A DNA stretch of 64,000 nt from Neoconidiobolus thromboides FSU 785 (GCA_025603075.1 MU626311.1:1-64000), one strand, 5' to 3'. Counted from the first letter of the stretch, positions 27,761-41,200 are shown. A program made the numbers and translations. Notes: generated by a model not told the origin, from the sequence alone.

Positions 27761-28546
27761 TATTTCTCCTTTATTGTTAATTTTTTATAAATCTAACTTT
27801 TAAATTAAAAACAAACTCGCTGGTTTAAGAATTGAAAAATTTGAATTTAAAATTTAATTTTAATTGCTTATTTACTCAATTTTTAGAAACACGTGCTTGA
27901 AACTTAAGTTGAGATAGGACTTTAAAGATATTATGAGGCTAAAAGCGATATTAAATAAAGATATTGGGAAGAATAGTAAAGGTTGAATTGTTTGGGCGCT
28001 GTCTGTTAATTATTGTATTAGTATTAATGCATAGCTGGATCAATTTAAATCTAAAATTTAATCTTTTGTGCTTTTATTATACTGAGAAGGTAGCAAAACA
28101 ATATTAGGCATGAAATAATAACATCTGTGAATAGTTTCAGAGCCACACAGAAGTGTTTTTTGTATGTATATAACAAATAAGTTTTTTATAGCTTTATGTT
28201 GCATAGGAAATAAACAAAACAGTGTAATCAAAAGGTGTTTTCGTACAGATATTATAAAATTCGGGCTTAAAGCAAGCTGTAAATTTTTATTTAATAAAGT
28301 TCTTTAACCTAGGATACATAAAAGTTTAATGAAATAGTCTTACCTCATATTCGTTGCACTGCGCTTTTATTAAATTAATTTTATTCTGGCTGAATTTTAC
28401 AGTATTATTACTATATCATTAACTCTTTGGCTTATAAATTATATGGCTACTAAGTAACTGCTAATACAGTTTCCTATTATATAGTAATAACAGAGTAAGG
28501 GATTTTTTTAAGTAAAAATTATTTGCCCAATTTTAAAAATATAAAT

Positions 28547-28644
28547 GGGGATGTATTTCTGTGTTTAAGAACTTTACTAAAAAATTTCCACTCAAATAAC
28601 GCTTAAAAGATAGAAAAAATAATGAAGCCAAAAGAAACACCCTC
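28547..28644 (+). mobile_element. ~98-bp MITE copy
   Basis: Flanks AAAT/AAAT. Confidence 0.85.
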
Positions 28645-28699
28645 AAATATTGATTAGTTTCTTCAGTATATTGGCAAGATACAGTTTTATTTTATTTTA

Positions 28700-29340
28700 T
28701 TTGTCTTTTAGCTTGAAATTAAAGTTACAAACCAATAATGCTATAACTAAGTAAAAGTTCACCTAACCCAAGCTGCATCAATACTATTTGACAATCGTAA
28801 AATAAATGATACTACTTTCCACCCATACATACCCTTGGGACTATTAAAAAGAGTATAAGTTATTTATGAAGCTGTAACTTGCTATTTTAGTAATTCATCA
28901 TTCTGGTTTAAATTTATCGAAGTCTTTCCAATAATTGAGATTGTTTTTAAGACACTCTTTGTACTAGTATTAATAACCACCCATATTGTTTTTGATATGG
29001 GGTTGTACTGTTTTGCTTAATAATCTTACTAATAATTTTTCCCCTTAAATACTACTTGAAAAATGAAAAAAGTGATGAAGCCAAAAAAAATACCATCACA
29101 TGTTAATATTTTTTACTACCAAATCATATAAAAATGACTTTTCTGGAATAAGATGGCTTCAAATACTTTACCAACTTTGAGTACAACTCTAGATAAACCA
29201 CAAAGTACAACTAAATACATCTGTAATCTTTTACATAACGCTGCATGTAGATAGTCACATTTTTTAAATTTAATAAAATTGAATTGATTTTGATCTATAA
29301 ATTATTTTTTATATGTCTTTACAACTTTAAATAGGTCTAT
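28700..29340 (-). pseudogene. Decayed 3' fragment of a P450 paralog
   Basis: Homology to the ExxR, PERW and heme exons of the 1922-3862 gene; PERW reads PE* (CGA to TGA) and the heme motif is degraded (LIVPRVCMG). A partial MITE lies inside (~29040-29097). Confidence 0.75.
29040..29097 (+). mobile_element. Partial MITE copy
   Basis: CTTAAATACTACTTGAAAAATGAAAAAAGTGATGAAGCCAAAAAAAA matches the right half. Confidence 0.65.
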
Positions 29341-29348
29341 GAGTATTT

Positions 29349-29445
29349 GGGGATGTATTTTTTTGTTCAACAATTTTACTAACGATCTTTCCATTCAAAT
29401 AGCGCTTAAAAAATAAGAAAGTAATGAAATAAAAAAAACATCCCC
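29349..29445 (+). mobile_element. ~98-bp MITE copy
   Basis: Perfect GGGGATGT/ACATCCCC ends, flanks ATTT/ATTT. Confidence 0.9.
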
Positions 29446-29808
29446 ATTTATTAAATAATTTAATAGAAACAAGTAAACTATACTTATAAATAGTACCATG
29501 TTAAAGAAGCAAGCATTGTATTAAATTATGTTATCTTGTTTAACCTATTAACATTATTTACTTTTAATTGTTATTATTTTTGTAAACAAAGACTTAATCA
29601 TATTATTTATTTTCTACTAGGTTTTTACAATGATTAGATCAGATACATTTTTTAAAGTTGAGATATTATATTTATCATGATTTTTTCAAGTTTTCAATAA
29701 GTTTGTATAAAAACTAATACATGCTATTACTATTATTATACTGTTATTTAATAAAAATGATTATTTTATAAAGTCATTTTATAATATCAAAATTAGAATG
29801 TTTTAAAA

Positions 29809-30374
29809 TGTGAAATCCGGTACTCAGTGATTGGAGTCAAAAGCAGTTATTTCCTGGTTGACTATACTGTAAGTCAATAGGTCTTAGTTTAGGTGACTAA
29901 GATAGACTTGAATTGTGAATAATATCATGTAATAAACTACAGACTATGTAAGAAAAATAGAATAGACAATACCAGTATAAAAGCTACGTAAAATAATATG
30001 GGGATGTTTTTTTTGGTTTCATTACTTTTCCATTTTTTAAGCGCTATTTGAGTGGAAATATTGTCAGTAAAATTCTTAAACATAAAAATACATCCCCATA
30101 TTAAGAAAACTTAGTGGGTTTATCAAATGTACGAGATGTCAGGGAATAATTCAGTTAAAAAGCCTCAAGTTACTATGTTCTAAAATCTCTTTTATACTCT
30201 AAAAAGTCTAGATGTCAAAATGGGAAGATAATATTCTTTGGGATGAAGCTAGAAACTCCCATATCAAATCAAACCAAGAGCATGGGATTGATTGCCCCTG
30301 AACTCAGAAACATAACAACTTAAATGGTCATTATACTATAATCAACCATGGAGCTGAAAAAGCAATATTTCACA
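29809..30374 (-). mobile_element. Solo LTR in reverse orientation with a MITE inserted
   Basis: TGTGAAATCCGG...ATATTTCACA, flanks AAAA/AAAA; colinear with the reverse complement of the 16444 LTR apart from the insert. Confidence 0.88.
30000..30097 (-). mobile_element. MITE copy nested in an LTR
   Basis: Perfect TIRs, flanks ATAT/ATAT. Confidence 0.9.
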
Positions 30375-30625
30375 AAAAAACAATATTATTATTTAAGCTG
30401 ATATTTATCATAATTAATACTATAAAAAATATAAACATAAAATGCTTAATGTGATTGATAGTCAAACAATAGTCATTTTTTAATATATCAAAAAATTTGT
30501 CAAATACTAAATCATGATAACTAATTGTAATTTAGACTTTTTTTAGTAGTTATGTTATTATATTTGATTAATTTGATGTTTAGGTATAGTTTTAACTATT
30601 TTTTTATCACCAAATATTAATATAT

Positions 30626-30710
30626 GGGGATATATGTGTTTGAGAATTTTAATAATTTTTCCGCTCAAATACCGCTTAAGTCATGGAAAGCGAAGCTAAA
30701 AAACACTTTC
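30626..30710 (+). mobile_element. Degenerate MITE copy
   Basis: GGGGATAT...CCGCTCAAATACCGCTTAAG...AAACACTTTC, flanks ATAT/ATAT. Confidence 0.75.
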
Positions 30711-31118
30711 ATATTTTATTAACTTATCATTTTCTTTAATAAACTTGTTTTTTAAATCCATATACCTACTACTAACACTTTTATGATAATTCAAATAAAT
30801 GAAACTGTATACAATAGCATGCTTGAAATACAGAAATAGCCTTTTACTTAGAAGTATAATTTAAACAGCTTTTTTGCATACAACTATTTGAAAATCTGGT
30901 CTAGTACTACAGCTTTACCATCTGTAAGCTTTTCTATCACTACCTTAAAGAATAAAACTAAAGGATTTTCTACTATACTTTTGTTTTATTACTTTTAAAA
31001 ATGCCAATCTTGAATTTTTAGCCAATTAAATGCCAATTTTTTTAAAGTTAATTTTTAGTGACTAAGTATTTTTTTGATCATTTTTTATCCAAAGAATTAT
31101 AATATCAAACTCAAATTA

Positions 31119-34100
31119 ATGGAAAGTATATTAAGTAAATGTGGAATAGAAATAGATAGGGAGAATATATCGATAGGCAAGATTCTATGAAGTTTTTTAA
31201 TGATAAATTAAAGGTTCTGTAGGTCTGGATTTTGTGTTTGTTAAACAAAAGTTAAAGAATTACTTCGAAAATAATGAAGATAAAGTTTCCGAATTTATTT
31301 CCGACTTATCAACTTATATCGATGAAGACTCAAGATTATTAAAATGTATGTATCCGATTTTAGATTATAAAGAGGAAGTCAATTTAAAGTAAATAGAAAT
31401 CGCATATTTGAAGGATAGTGTCTAATCTTTATTAGTGCGTTTACTAAGAATGATTCATTGATCCAATTATTGTTATCAACATCCATCTTACAAGATGAAT
31501 TGCTTCCATTGCTATTAGGAAAATTAGCTGAGATGTGTAATGCTAAGGGAAAGTAATAATTATTTTGTTTATTTGATAGTTAATATAATTGTAGTATTAA
31601 TATGGATTTAGTAAAAAGTATTATAAATCAATTTCGTTGGTTAGATCAATTAAATGAGCCTCGAGACTTACTAGAACAGTTAGTATCTGTAAGTAGAATG
31701 TTTTTATGATTTATTAGTTTGCTAATGTAATTTAGTTAGTTGAAATATGTCCACTTAAAATTCAATATGAAATTATTCAAACATTACCAGAGATTTTTAT
31801 TGATATAGATCAAACAGTAAGGATTCAATTTAAAAATAAAATAACATACTGATTTTCATAGGATTTATTAGAAAGACTAACGTCACTCGCTTCAAAGAAT
31901 AGTGATCTATTTGTCCCAGTAATTGAATGTTTAGGAGCATTAAATATACCAACTGATGATTTGGTAATTAAATTTAATATAAATTAGCTTAGTGCTAATC
32001 ATTAGTAGGATTATACAGTTGAACTTGTAATTAATAGATTAAATTCAATTGATATAGAAAATTTAGCAACAGCCGTTCAATTTTTATTAGCAAGTTCGAA
32101 TGAGGAGAATCTATTAAAAATGTTACAAAGTATTAGAGAAAAGATTAAGATTGATCAAATATTAAAGTTTCAAATCAATAAAAGCAACATGGAAACAAGT
32201 AATCTTAATAGAGTTGATAATAACAAAGCGAATAAATCCCAATCTTGTTCAATGATTTTAGATACAATCAATTCTTCCCTACTAATTAATAATCAATTAA
32301 AGAACTCTTGGATAAGAACAATTGAATCTATTTATAAACAACATTCAATTTATATATTGGATATATTGGCCTTAGGAATGATGCATTCAATCCCAGCGAT
32401 GAAGAAAAAAGTAAAAGAAACTATTAAATCAAAAGTATCAGTTGGAGTAATAACACCTAATTTGATTCAGGATACAATAGAAAATTACCTTCAATTAATA
32501 CAAAAAAGTACGATAGATTTCCTTTCAATAGCCGAATATTTAAATAGAGAAGCAAAGACAGATCACCAGCTTGGGGATATGTCCGTTAAATTGTATACAT
32601 TGATATTTTTACATTCAGATATATTTTTTCGACAAGAAACAGTTGGCTCAATAATTACACATATAGGCTCTGGCAATAAATGGGAAATTGATTATGCCTT
32701 AGAAGCTTTAGATAAAATAACAAAGGAAGATAGCATTGGACTAAGTCAATTTTTAATATTTATTCAAGGTATATTAGATTATTTAGATAAATTATCTTTA
32801 TCTCAAATAGCCAAATTATTTGAAATTTACGCTTCACTATCCATAGTTGAAAAAGCAGATATGAGTGAAGGTGTTTTTTATAATGAATTGAATATAGTTA
32901 TACGTAAACAATTAACTCATCCATCCGAAAAATATAAAGTTATTGGTATAACAGCCTGTATTTCGATGATTAAACAAATGAACAAATTATATAAAAATGA
33001 GTTAGAAAATTCAACATTATTAGGATCTAGTAAAAATACAATGGATTCAAAAAACTATCCAATTTATTTAAGAATTATTTCCATACTACAATTAATACAA
33101 ACTGTATGTCCAAAATATCACTCTTCTTTATCTTTAACTTGTAATCAATTAGCAGAAATTATAATATCACAAGAATTACATCTTAATATAGTAGAATGGT
33201 TATTTGATAATTTTGCTATTACGTTTTGTGATTTATTTTTATTTGTTAAAAGTGATGATACTAATAAATTTACCTTAATGCCAACATGGCCTAAATCATT
33301 TAATATAGTAGTATGGGATGATTTAAACGAAACGGAAGGAGATTTAGCTATTAATATCTTACCAACAGTAATAAGTTACTATTATAATCCGCGTGAAAGT
33401 ATTCATCCAGATTTAGTGTGTTCTTTATTTAAATTGTATCAGGCATGTGAATATTATTTAAAAAAAAATTTAGATGAAATTGGTAGCTTATTATTGTGTG
33501 GTATCTTAATGTTTAATAAAGAGAATTTGGATGATATTATGTATACGGGTGAAACTGGGCTAGTTGATTGTCTTACTATTAGTTTAATTATTGCTTCGAA
33601 TTGGTATAGGGAACTTATCAATGCTTTTTGCCAATTTTCAGATCCTTTTATTCAATCTAAAATCAAAGAAAGGTTATCGGGTTTAGTTGCATTGGAAGAT
33701 ACATTAAGTAAATTTATGTTAAATAGGCAACATTTAGCATATACAGGATTTTTTTTAGAATATAATAATTCAAAACAAAATTTACATAATATATCCCCAA
33801 TTGAAGCTAGAAAGTTTTTACATCCCTTGGATTTTCAGATTACAAAGTTTATATTTCCAAAAGAATTACCAGAAAATGTAGAAGAATATCCACAATTACA
33901 ATTGGGAAAAGAAGAATGTAATTATATTTTAGACAATTTTAAAATTAAGTTGCAACAAAGTTTTTCTGAATCAGAACTAAATTTAAATACAAATTTTAAA
34001 GTAAATTATCAAGAGATATTGCCAATTATAAATGGTTTATGTAATTATCTTAAGTTGGTTGTGTACACTTTAAGTATTGAAGATGAAATTGAAGATAATG

Positions 34101-35465
34101 AAGAAATATCGTTAAGTTTAGATTGCTTACAAATACTAAAAGAACAAAGTCATTTGTTTAAAAAAGAAAGTAAAATAATTAATTCAAAAATATATCAAGA
34201 ATTATCAAGTTTAACAAAATATGTAATGAATTTTAATCTATCATTAAAAATACAAAAGTTATTATCTATTATATATAAAGAGAATCCAAATCAATTTAAA
34301 AAGAATAATCAAATATTTGATTATATTAAACAAATAAATTCAAAGAAATTGGGTACTAGATATTCTGTTAAAAATAAGGAAGCTTTAATTTATTTATTAA
34401 AAGAAGAATTTTATTATTCAGAGAATCGATTAGAAATATTAAAATATTATTTGAATAATTTATTAGAACCTGTAACACAAGACAATACTGAATTAATAGA
34501 AGCCAACTTCCCTAATTTTAATATTGCTATGTTACCAATCTATTATAAAATCATTTCTTCACAGTTAATAGAATTGACTAATAGTATTCAAATCGAGGAA
34601 AATATTGAAGACCAAGGAGTTATTAAATTTATAACAATCTTATTAGATTTATGGCACAAATTAATTAATATAGCAACAAAATATTCAGATCATGCTCTTC
34701 TATTAACCACGATTCAATATGGACGACAATTTGTGGATAATTTTATTAAAACTATACTTCCGTTTTTAGATTATTATTTACCCCACCATCGGCAAAAGGT
34801 GTTATTTATATTGAAAAATACGCAATTGAGTACAAGAAAATTACAGGTAGTTTTATTGTTACTTAGACAGAAAATGAATGTAGAAATTGATATATTTTTT
34901 ATTTACTTAGAATATATGTAATGAAATTAAAACCAAAGGAAAAGCTTTAGCATCAGCGGTTCCTTCATGTAGAGCTAGTTTAGAAAAGTTAATATTACAA
35001 GTAAGAAAACTATTTAAAGAACACAATGTATTAGACGCTTATGATATTGGTAAGTTTAGAATATGTCTATGCATTTTAGAAAAATATATAGTAATTAAAT
35101 TGACTTTTAGGTAATTTAAAACATCGTGCAATAGATGGAAATTTAATATCTTCTCAATATCAAAATGAAGACATTTTAAGTCAAAATGAAAGTTCATTAG
35201 ATGAAGAAGTGGAGATTAATGTCTTGGTAAGCGAGATCTAAACTATTTTTTTTAGCAATTGTTAATTGTTTATATTTGTATTTTTTATTTTTAGCCAAGT
35301 AAAAAGAAAAGAGGTAAAGTACCATTTGGTGGCAAAAAAAGTAAGAAGAATAAAGAAGCTCAAGTGGAAAATAGAGCAAATGAAGAAAGTGGAGAGAATG
35401 AAGAAAACAGTAATCAAAGTGGAGATAACAATGATATTGTTGGATTTTATGATGATGAAGAATAG
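31119..35465 (+). CDS. FANCD2: Fanconi anemia group D2 protein homolog
   Basis: DSLIQLLL..ILQ, INQFRWLD, EIIQTLPEI, NELNIVIRKQL (ubiquitination-site motif), LSTRKLQNIC, GNLKHRAIDG..ISSQ. First intron appears to be GC-AG; start codon tentative. Confidence 0.88.
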
Positions 35466-35723
35466 ATTAGTAAATTAATTGTATTTGGATGCTTAATAAA
35501 ATTCGGAATGCCTAATAATTTTTATTACTTAATTTGTATTATTTTCATGTTTGATTTTAATTTTATTTTAATAAATACTAGTATAGAAAAAGTAGAAAAT
35601 AAACATAAATGTAAAATGTGAAATATAAAATAAATATCAAAATAAAATCAAAAAACGATTTAATAAAAAAAAGAAAGAGAAGGTGCTTAATTTTAGTTAA
35701 GAAAAACAGCTCTAAGTTCAAGT

Positions 35724-37010
35724 TTACAATTGAGCCAATTTTGATTTTTTAGTAACTAAAGCCACTACTACAGTAATATCGTCCATTTTACCTCCTTTAA
35801 ACCTATAGCCATGTTTCTCAGCTTCTTTACTAAATGGACTATCTTTATTTTTATCTTTAGCTCTAAGTCTAGCTTTTTTAACCAAAGAACCCGCAACTTT
35901 ATTAGTATAACCTTTTAATAAGTCTTGATTTTTTTTACTAGCTAACAATAATTGATTCAAATTATCAGGTTCATTTACTTTAATTTCCATCTCGATATCA
36001 TTTAAAAATAAATTATCAAATAAACCATCCGTACCAAATACAATTAAATCTCCATGTTCCAATTGAATTTTAGCCAATAAACCATCTTTAGGTTGATTCA
36101 ATATATGATTACCTTTATTTAATTCAGGTGGGATAATTGATAATTGATAAGGTGCATTAAAATAATGAGTTGTTTCTTTAGCTTGATATACTGATTTTCC
36201 ATTTCTAATTACAACATAGCCAGAATCTCCTAAATTAATTGAACTTAAAATAGAAGTTTCACTATCAATAACAGCCAAACAAGCGGTGCTACTACCTGCT
36301 TTTACTTTTCTTTCGTTTTTTAATTGTTTATAAGAATTATCTAGGATACTCAAGGGTTCCAGTTCATTGACAATGCCCATGTTTTGACAATTAATTTGAC
36401 ATTTATTCATTAATTCCCATGCAAATTGAGAAGGGTCAACACCAACTTCAGACCAACCACCAACACCGTCAGCAATACCTAAAATAATAATTAACAATTA
36501 ATACTAAAATAACAGTTTCAATTATTCCCGCTTACCTATACAATACTTCTCCTGTACAATGCTAGTAAAGAATGCATCTTCCCCACAATCTGCTAAGCAC
36601 CAAACAGGTAAATTAGCTCTGGGCCTTTTAGGTGCCCAAGCAGCCCCAATGGTAATGTCACAAGGAGAACTATCCTTTAAATCAGGTTTAATAGGATCTA
36701 ATTCCTTCAATGTGGCGATTGATAAAGTGGAATAGCCAGCATATAAAGGGGGTGAAAACATGATAGCATTTTGATAAAACTTAGTACCAGTAGAATAAGA
36801 AGAAGATTGGGACCATGGACCAGAAGAAGAGGAGGTGGAAAAGGACATGGATTGTCTCTTTATTGGAATATTTCGAGAGAGTGAGGTATAAGTGTTGGTC
36901 ATTTTAATATTTTTTAAGATCAAGTTACTACTTTTGTAAGTAGGTGAAGCAAGTAAAGAAGATTGAGAAATACCATTTAATTTTAAACCATGTAAAGCCC
37001 AAGCTATCAT
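35724..37010 (-). CDS. PTC7: PP2C-family phosphatase PTC7/PPTC7, 2 exons
   Basis: CGEDAFF, GIADGVGGW, NLGDSG, TDGLFDN, GGKMDDITV; presequence-like N-terminus. Confidence 0.9.
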
Positions 37011-37449
37011 GGTACTTATTAATTGTAATAGTAAATCGAATTCCAGTTTGTAAAATAAAATCAGATGTTAACTTAGTTTTATTATGGTTTGTTTATTTTT
37101 GATCAGGGATAGAATCTTCTTGAAAAAAAAGTGCAAAAATATTTCTTTGGAAATTACGATCCTGACTTTTTATCAGCTTTAATAGGGGTGAGTTTACTAT
37201 AAATTATGAGCTCACCTTACTTATTAATTGTATCAAATTTAATTATCAACCAATAGTAATTCGTCTCTTATCCTTAGCTTATTTGTTCTTCTAAATAAAT
37301 TTCAGTTTTCGTTAACAACTGGTAAAACTTGGGCTTATCTAATAACTGGCAAATTTTAAAGCTTATATATGACAGAAATTTTAAAAGTTTAAATAATAAT
37401 AAAACATGATTAAATAGTAACAATCATAAATTAATAAATAAACATTGAT

Positions 37450-38186
37450 TTATTCTCCATGTTTCAATACTCTAACAAATTCATTATAATTAAAGTTATT
37501 TTTTCTATCTAATGGAGCTCCTTTAAACATGATATCCACCTAAAAACAAAAATCAATACCACATTTCCTTAGATAATTTCAAATTCATTCTTACCTCTTC
37601 GTCAGTAAACCTATCTCCCATCGTTGTCATATATTCTCTCAAATCATCAGCATTAATAAATCCTTTGCCTTCATCATCAAAACATTCAAAAGCTGCTAAA
37701 ATATCTGCTTCGGGATCTGTGCCAGATAATTTTTCTCCCATTAAAGTCAAGAACATAGTAAAATTAATACTACCAGGTGCTTGTTTAATCATATCATCGA
37801 TATATTCATCTGTTGGGTTTTGACCTAGGGGAGGGATTAATTCGATGTTATTGTGGATGATAAAAACGGGATAATTGTGATGGATAAATATAAATAAAGA
37901 ATAAACATCAATAATCCTTATTTTACCAAAATTAAAATTAAAATTTTACTAACCTAAAGAAGCTAACATATCCTTTAAATCTTCCTTATCTACAAAACCA
38001 TCTGAATCATGGTCAAACATGGAAAAGGCTTCTTTAAATTCAGCTATTTGTTTTTGATCAAAGATTGCAAATACATTGCTATTTTGACGTACAGCACGTT
38101 TCTTTTTTTGTTTTCTCATAGACTATGAGAAGGATAGTTAGTTGTCTTTAATAATTTTGGGTTGATGATTGTGATAAAGTTACCAT
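37450..38186 (-). CDS. Myosin II regulatory light chain (EF-hand), 4 exons
   Basis: [51 protein letters not shown]...[20 protein letters not shown]...[10 protein letters not shown]. Confidence 0.93.
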
Positions 38187-39341
38187 TTGTGCTGGATCGG
38201 GGTTTTTAATGAAATTGAAGTTGATGTGTTTGTAAAATTGAACTTTATTAAAAGAGTGGCTAACTAAACCCTAAATTTTGGAAAACGTCAATTCTTGGAG
38301 TTAGCTTTAGGTCTACTATTTTCATTGGCTCACTTTATTTTTTGGGAATGGGAAAACATTTGTCTAGATATAAACTATTAAATTCAGACTTTTTAAAACT
38401 GAAGTTATTTTATGCATATTTATATACTCATTAAAAGTAAAAGCTGTCAAATTTGCAAAAAAAATTATTGAGCTAATATTGTATTTGCTATTTTCATTTA
38501 TTATTTCCGTATACTATTGAAAAATAATCACACCTTTTAAAAAAACTACTATTTTACTAAGTAATTGAACATAAAAAATAGATGACCAAATAAAGTATAT
38601 ATATGAAAATTTTATTTTAATAAATTGATATTAAATTCATAGTAAGATAATAGTCAATCCCTTGATGAGGATGACAATATTTTTATTAATAAAATAGACG
38701 TAAAGAATGAAAAAGATGTTAGAACTTTTAACTATGTTTGCAGTTGGTAAATCATAACTATTAAGCCAGATAGTAAAACTTCAATCTTATTAAGGTTATA
38801 ATTGCCATCTAAGCTTTCAATTAATACCATTTTTTTATCATTGATAATTAATTATATAACTGAAATTGTATTTTGTTTATTGTTTTTGTACGTAAGCTTG
38901 ATAAGAATGACATTGATATTATTTGACGTCAATTCATTTAGTAAACCATTTCAGTTCTTTTCTTTAGTGTGTCTGAATCACTAGATTTGGAGGAGATTAA
39001 TGAATAACAATAAGCTCTAATTATGGTGGTCAAAAAATAATAGTGAAAGCAGCCAACTTGTAGGTTATGCTATTGTTTTTATTGCTGATCAAACGCTTTT
39101 TTTAGGATGATAATCGTTAGCTAAGTTTAATTCGATCCATGTAATCTTCTGATAAATACAACCATTTAGTTGTGTTATTAGACTGATAAAATATTTCATT
39201 AAGTCAGTGGACAATTTACATTAATAACTGTTTTACTTACCTTTATAGCTATAACTGCATTTCAGTTTCTTTAATTACTTTTTTTGTTTTTTATTTGTTT
39301 TATTATTTGAAATAAACTAGCATTTATGAAAGAACAAAATT

Positions 39342-39428
39342 GGAAGTGTTTTTTTATTTCATTACTTACGTTTTCTAAGTCCTATTAAGTGGAAATACTG
39401 TTAGTAAAGTTCTTAAAAATACATCCAC
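39342..39428 (-). mobile_element. Degenerate MITE copy
   Basis: Internally shortened; flanks AATT/AAAT. Confidence 0.7.
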
Positions 39429-40049
39429 AAATATTTTCATTTGAGCACACTTCAAACTTTTTTATCAAAAAGCTTCCTTATTATAACTCATAGTACATAT
39501 GAGCCAATCATAAGCAGCTGACTTGGTTGAATATGTGTTCAATTATATAAACTGCCCTATGAGATGCGGTTTGAGTTCCTCTGGAAGCCTGATAATTTTT
39601 TTTTAATAGTTGATTTCAAATCGTAAAATAAATTATAAAATACCAATCAAATGTTTGTTTAATAATAAATACAATATGTAAAAGCATATAACTTAGCAAT
39701 CCATACTACATAGAAATAGTATTGAAAACTAACAATCGCTACCATATCCCCTATTCATCTTTTGATCCTTCTTTTTGGATCAAATAAACTATTGAAGGCT
39801 TAAGCTTTAATATCAAATCACCAAAGCTATTTGAACCAAAAGCTTGAGATTTGGGGGATTTAAAAGAGCAAAGAGTTAATAAACTAGATATTTCTATTAG
39901 ACTTTATGAAATCCTACATATCAAAACAAAAACCGTTACGTATATTTAGTGGTATTTTTTATTTTCTATGATCTTCCACTAATAAATAACTAACTGTGAC
40001 TAATCTTAGATCTTTTGCTAATGCATAGCCAGCTATAAAGGAAAGTAAG

Positions 40050-41200
40050 CTACTGCTTTTGTTGATAACTGATAGACTAGACTCATTGAGAATACATCCG
40101 CTTCTATGTTACTAAACCTAAGGCTTGATTCTGATTGCTACAAATTATACTATTTACTTACAATATAGCAATTATTATTACGAATTTTATTGTTATAGAT
40201 GATAAGTGTTAATTACAATTGGAGGTGTTTTTTTCGGCTTCATTATTTTTTCCATCTTTTAAGCGCTATTTGAGTGGAAAACTTGTTAGTAAAATTCTTA
40301 AACAAAAAAATATATCCCCAATGGTGAATTGTTTTAGAAATGCTCTTAGGCATATGGAGTCAATCGGTATAGCACTTGATTTTGGAAACCGAAAAAACTA
40401 TCAATGTTGGATTTATTGCTATTAATGTAATACCTTGTCACTAGTTTTTCATTTTATAATAGTTGATGAAAGGGCTATTAGCACTATCAGTCAAATTTGT
40501 TATTTTTCCCTTTAAACAGCTCTTTCTGTAAGTCAATCCTTTGAATTTTATCTAATAAATTGGATTAAAGCGATTTTGTTTTGGTAATATTAATAGACCT
40601 TATACTAAATTGTAAGAATTTCAAAATAACCTAGTTATATTGATATTAACCCGTTTCATTTCAATTTAAAAATACTTTAAACATACACTTTAAACCTTTA
40701 TTCTTTTTCGTTATTTTACAAAAATATACAATAAATAATTGAGCGCCATTAGCTTGAGAAATTCTAGAACCCATTTTATTGAATAAAGACTTTATAGATA
40801 ACAAAGTTTAAAATACAGTGTTTTCTGAGCTAGTTATTTTTAACATCTTTTGAAGCAACTTTGGATTTTTTTACTATTTTTTATTCATTTTTTAAAATTT
40901 ACTAAAAATAAAAGTCATCTCTATTATATGTAAGGAGATTGATTGACTACTTTAGCTGAAATATCTTTTATTAAATTGAATGAATTTATAATTTAATGTT
41001 ATTTCTCCCTTAAAATAAGGTATTTTTATAAAATAAACAGACAACAAGGGTATAAAAAATGCATATCCTGCTTTAAAATATGTGGATACTTGAAAATTTT
41101 CAAGTTGCCGTTTATCTAAGTGGTATCATAAAAGCATTAAAACTTTAGTGTGCTATCTACACCGATACCGTTTTTGTTTAAGTTACTAAAGAAGACTATC
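40050..41200 (-). pseudogene. Highly decayed Ty3/gypsy pol remnant (RT connection and RNase H)
   Basis: Minus-strand fragments FFSNLNKNGIGVDS (~41150), KIKCYTD (~40350) and FSNIEADVFS (~40090) resemble FLG..GI..D, F.+YTDH and N..AD.LSR, in the correct order. Many stops. Confidence 0.45.
40221..40319 (-). mobile_element. ~98-bp MITE copy within the pol remnant
   Basis: Flanks AATT/AATG. Confidence 0.85.

Noticed and set aside
28547-29445. P450 fragment captured between two MITEs as a composite (Pack-type) transposon
   Set aside because: Each MITE has its own matching TSD (AAAT/AAAT and ATTT/ATTT), indicating independent insertions.
14540-31119. MCB/SCB-type cell-cycle boxes upstream of MCM2, MCM7 and FANCD2
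   Set aside because: I saw no ACGCGT or CGCG-core sites in these upstream regions; the single CACGTG near 27890 is not enough to call.
38950-39200. RT-like fragment on the minus strand (GCIY...LNLANDYH)
   Set aside because: Weak similarity, and it lies downstream of the RNase H remnant, the wrong order for the same element.
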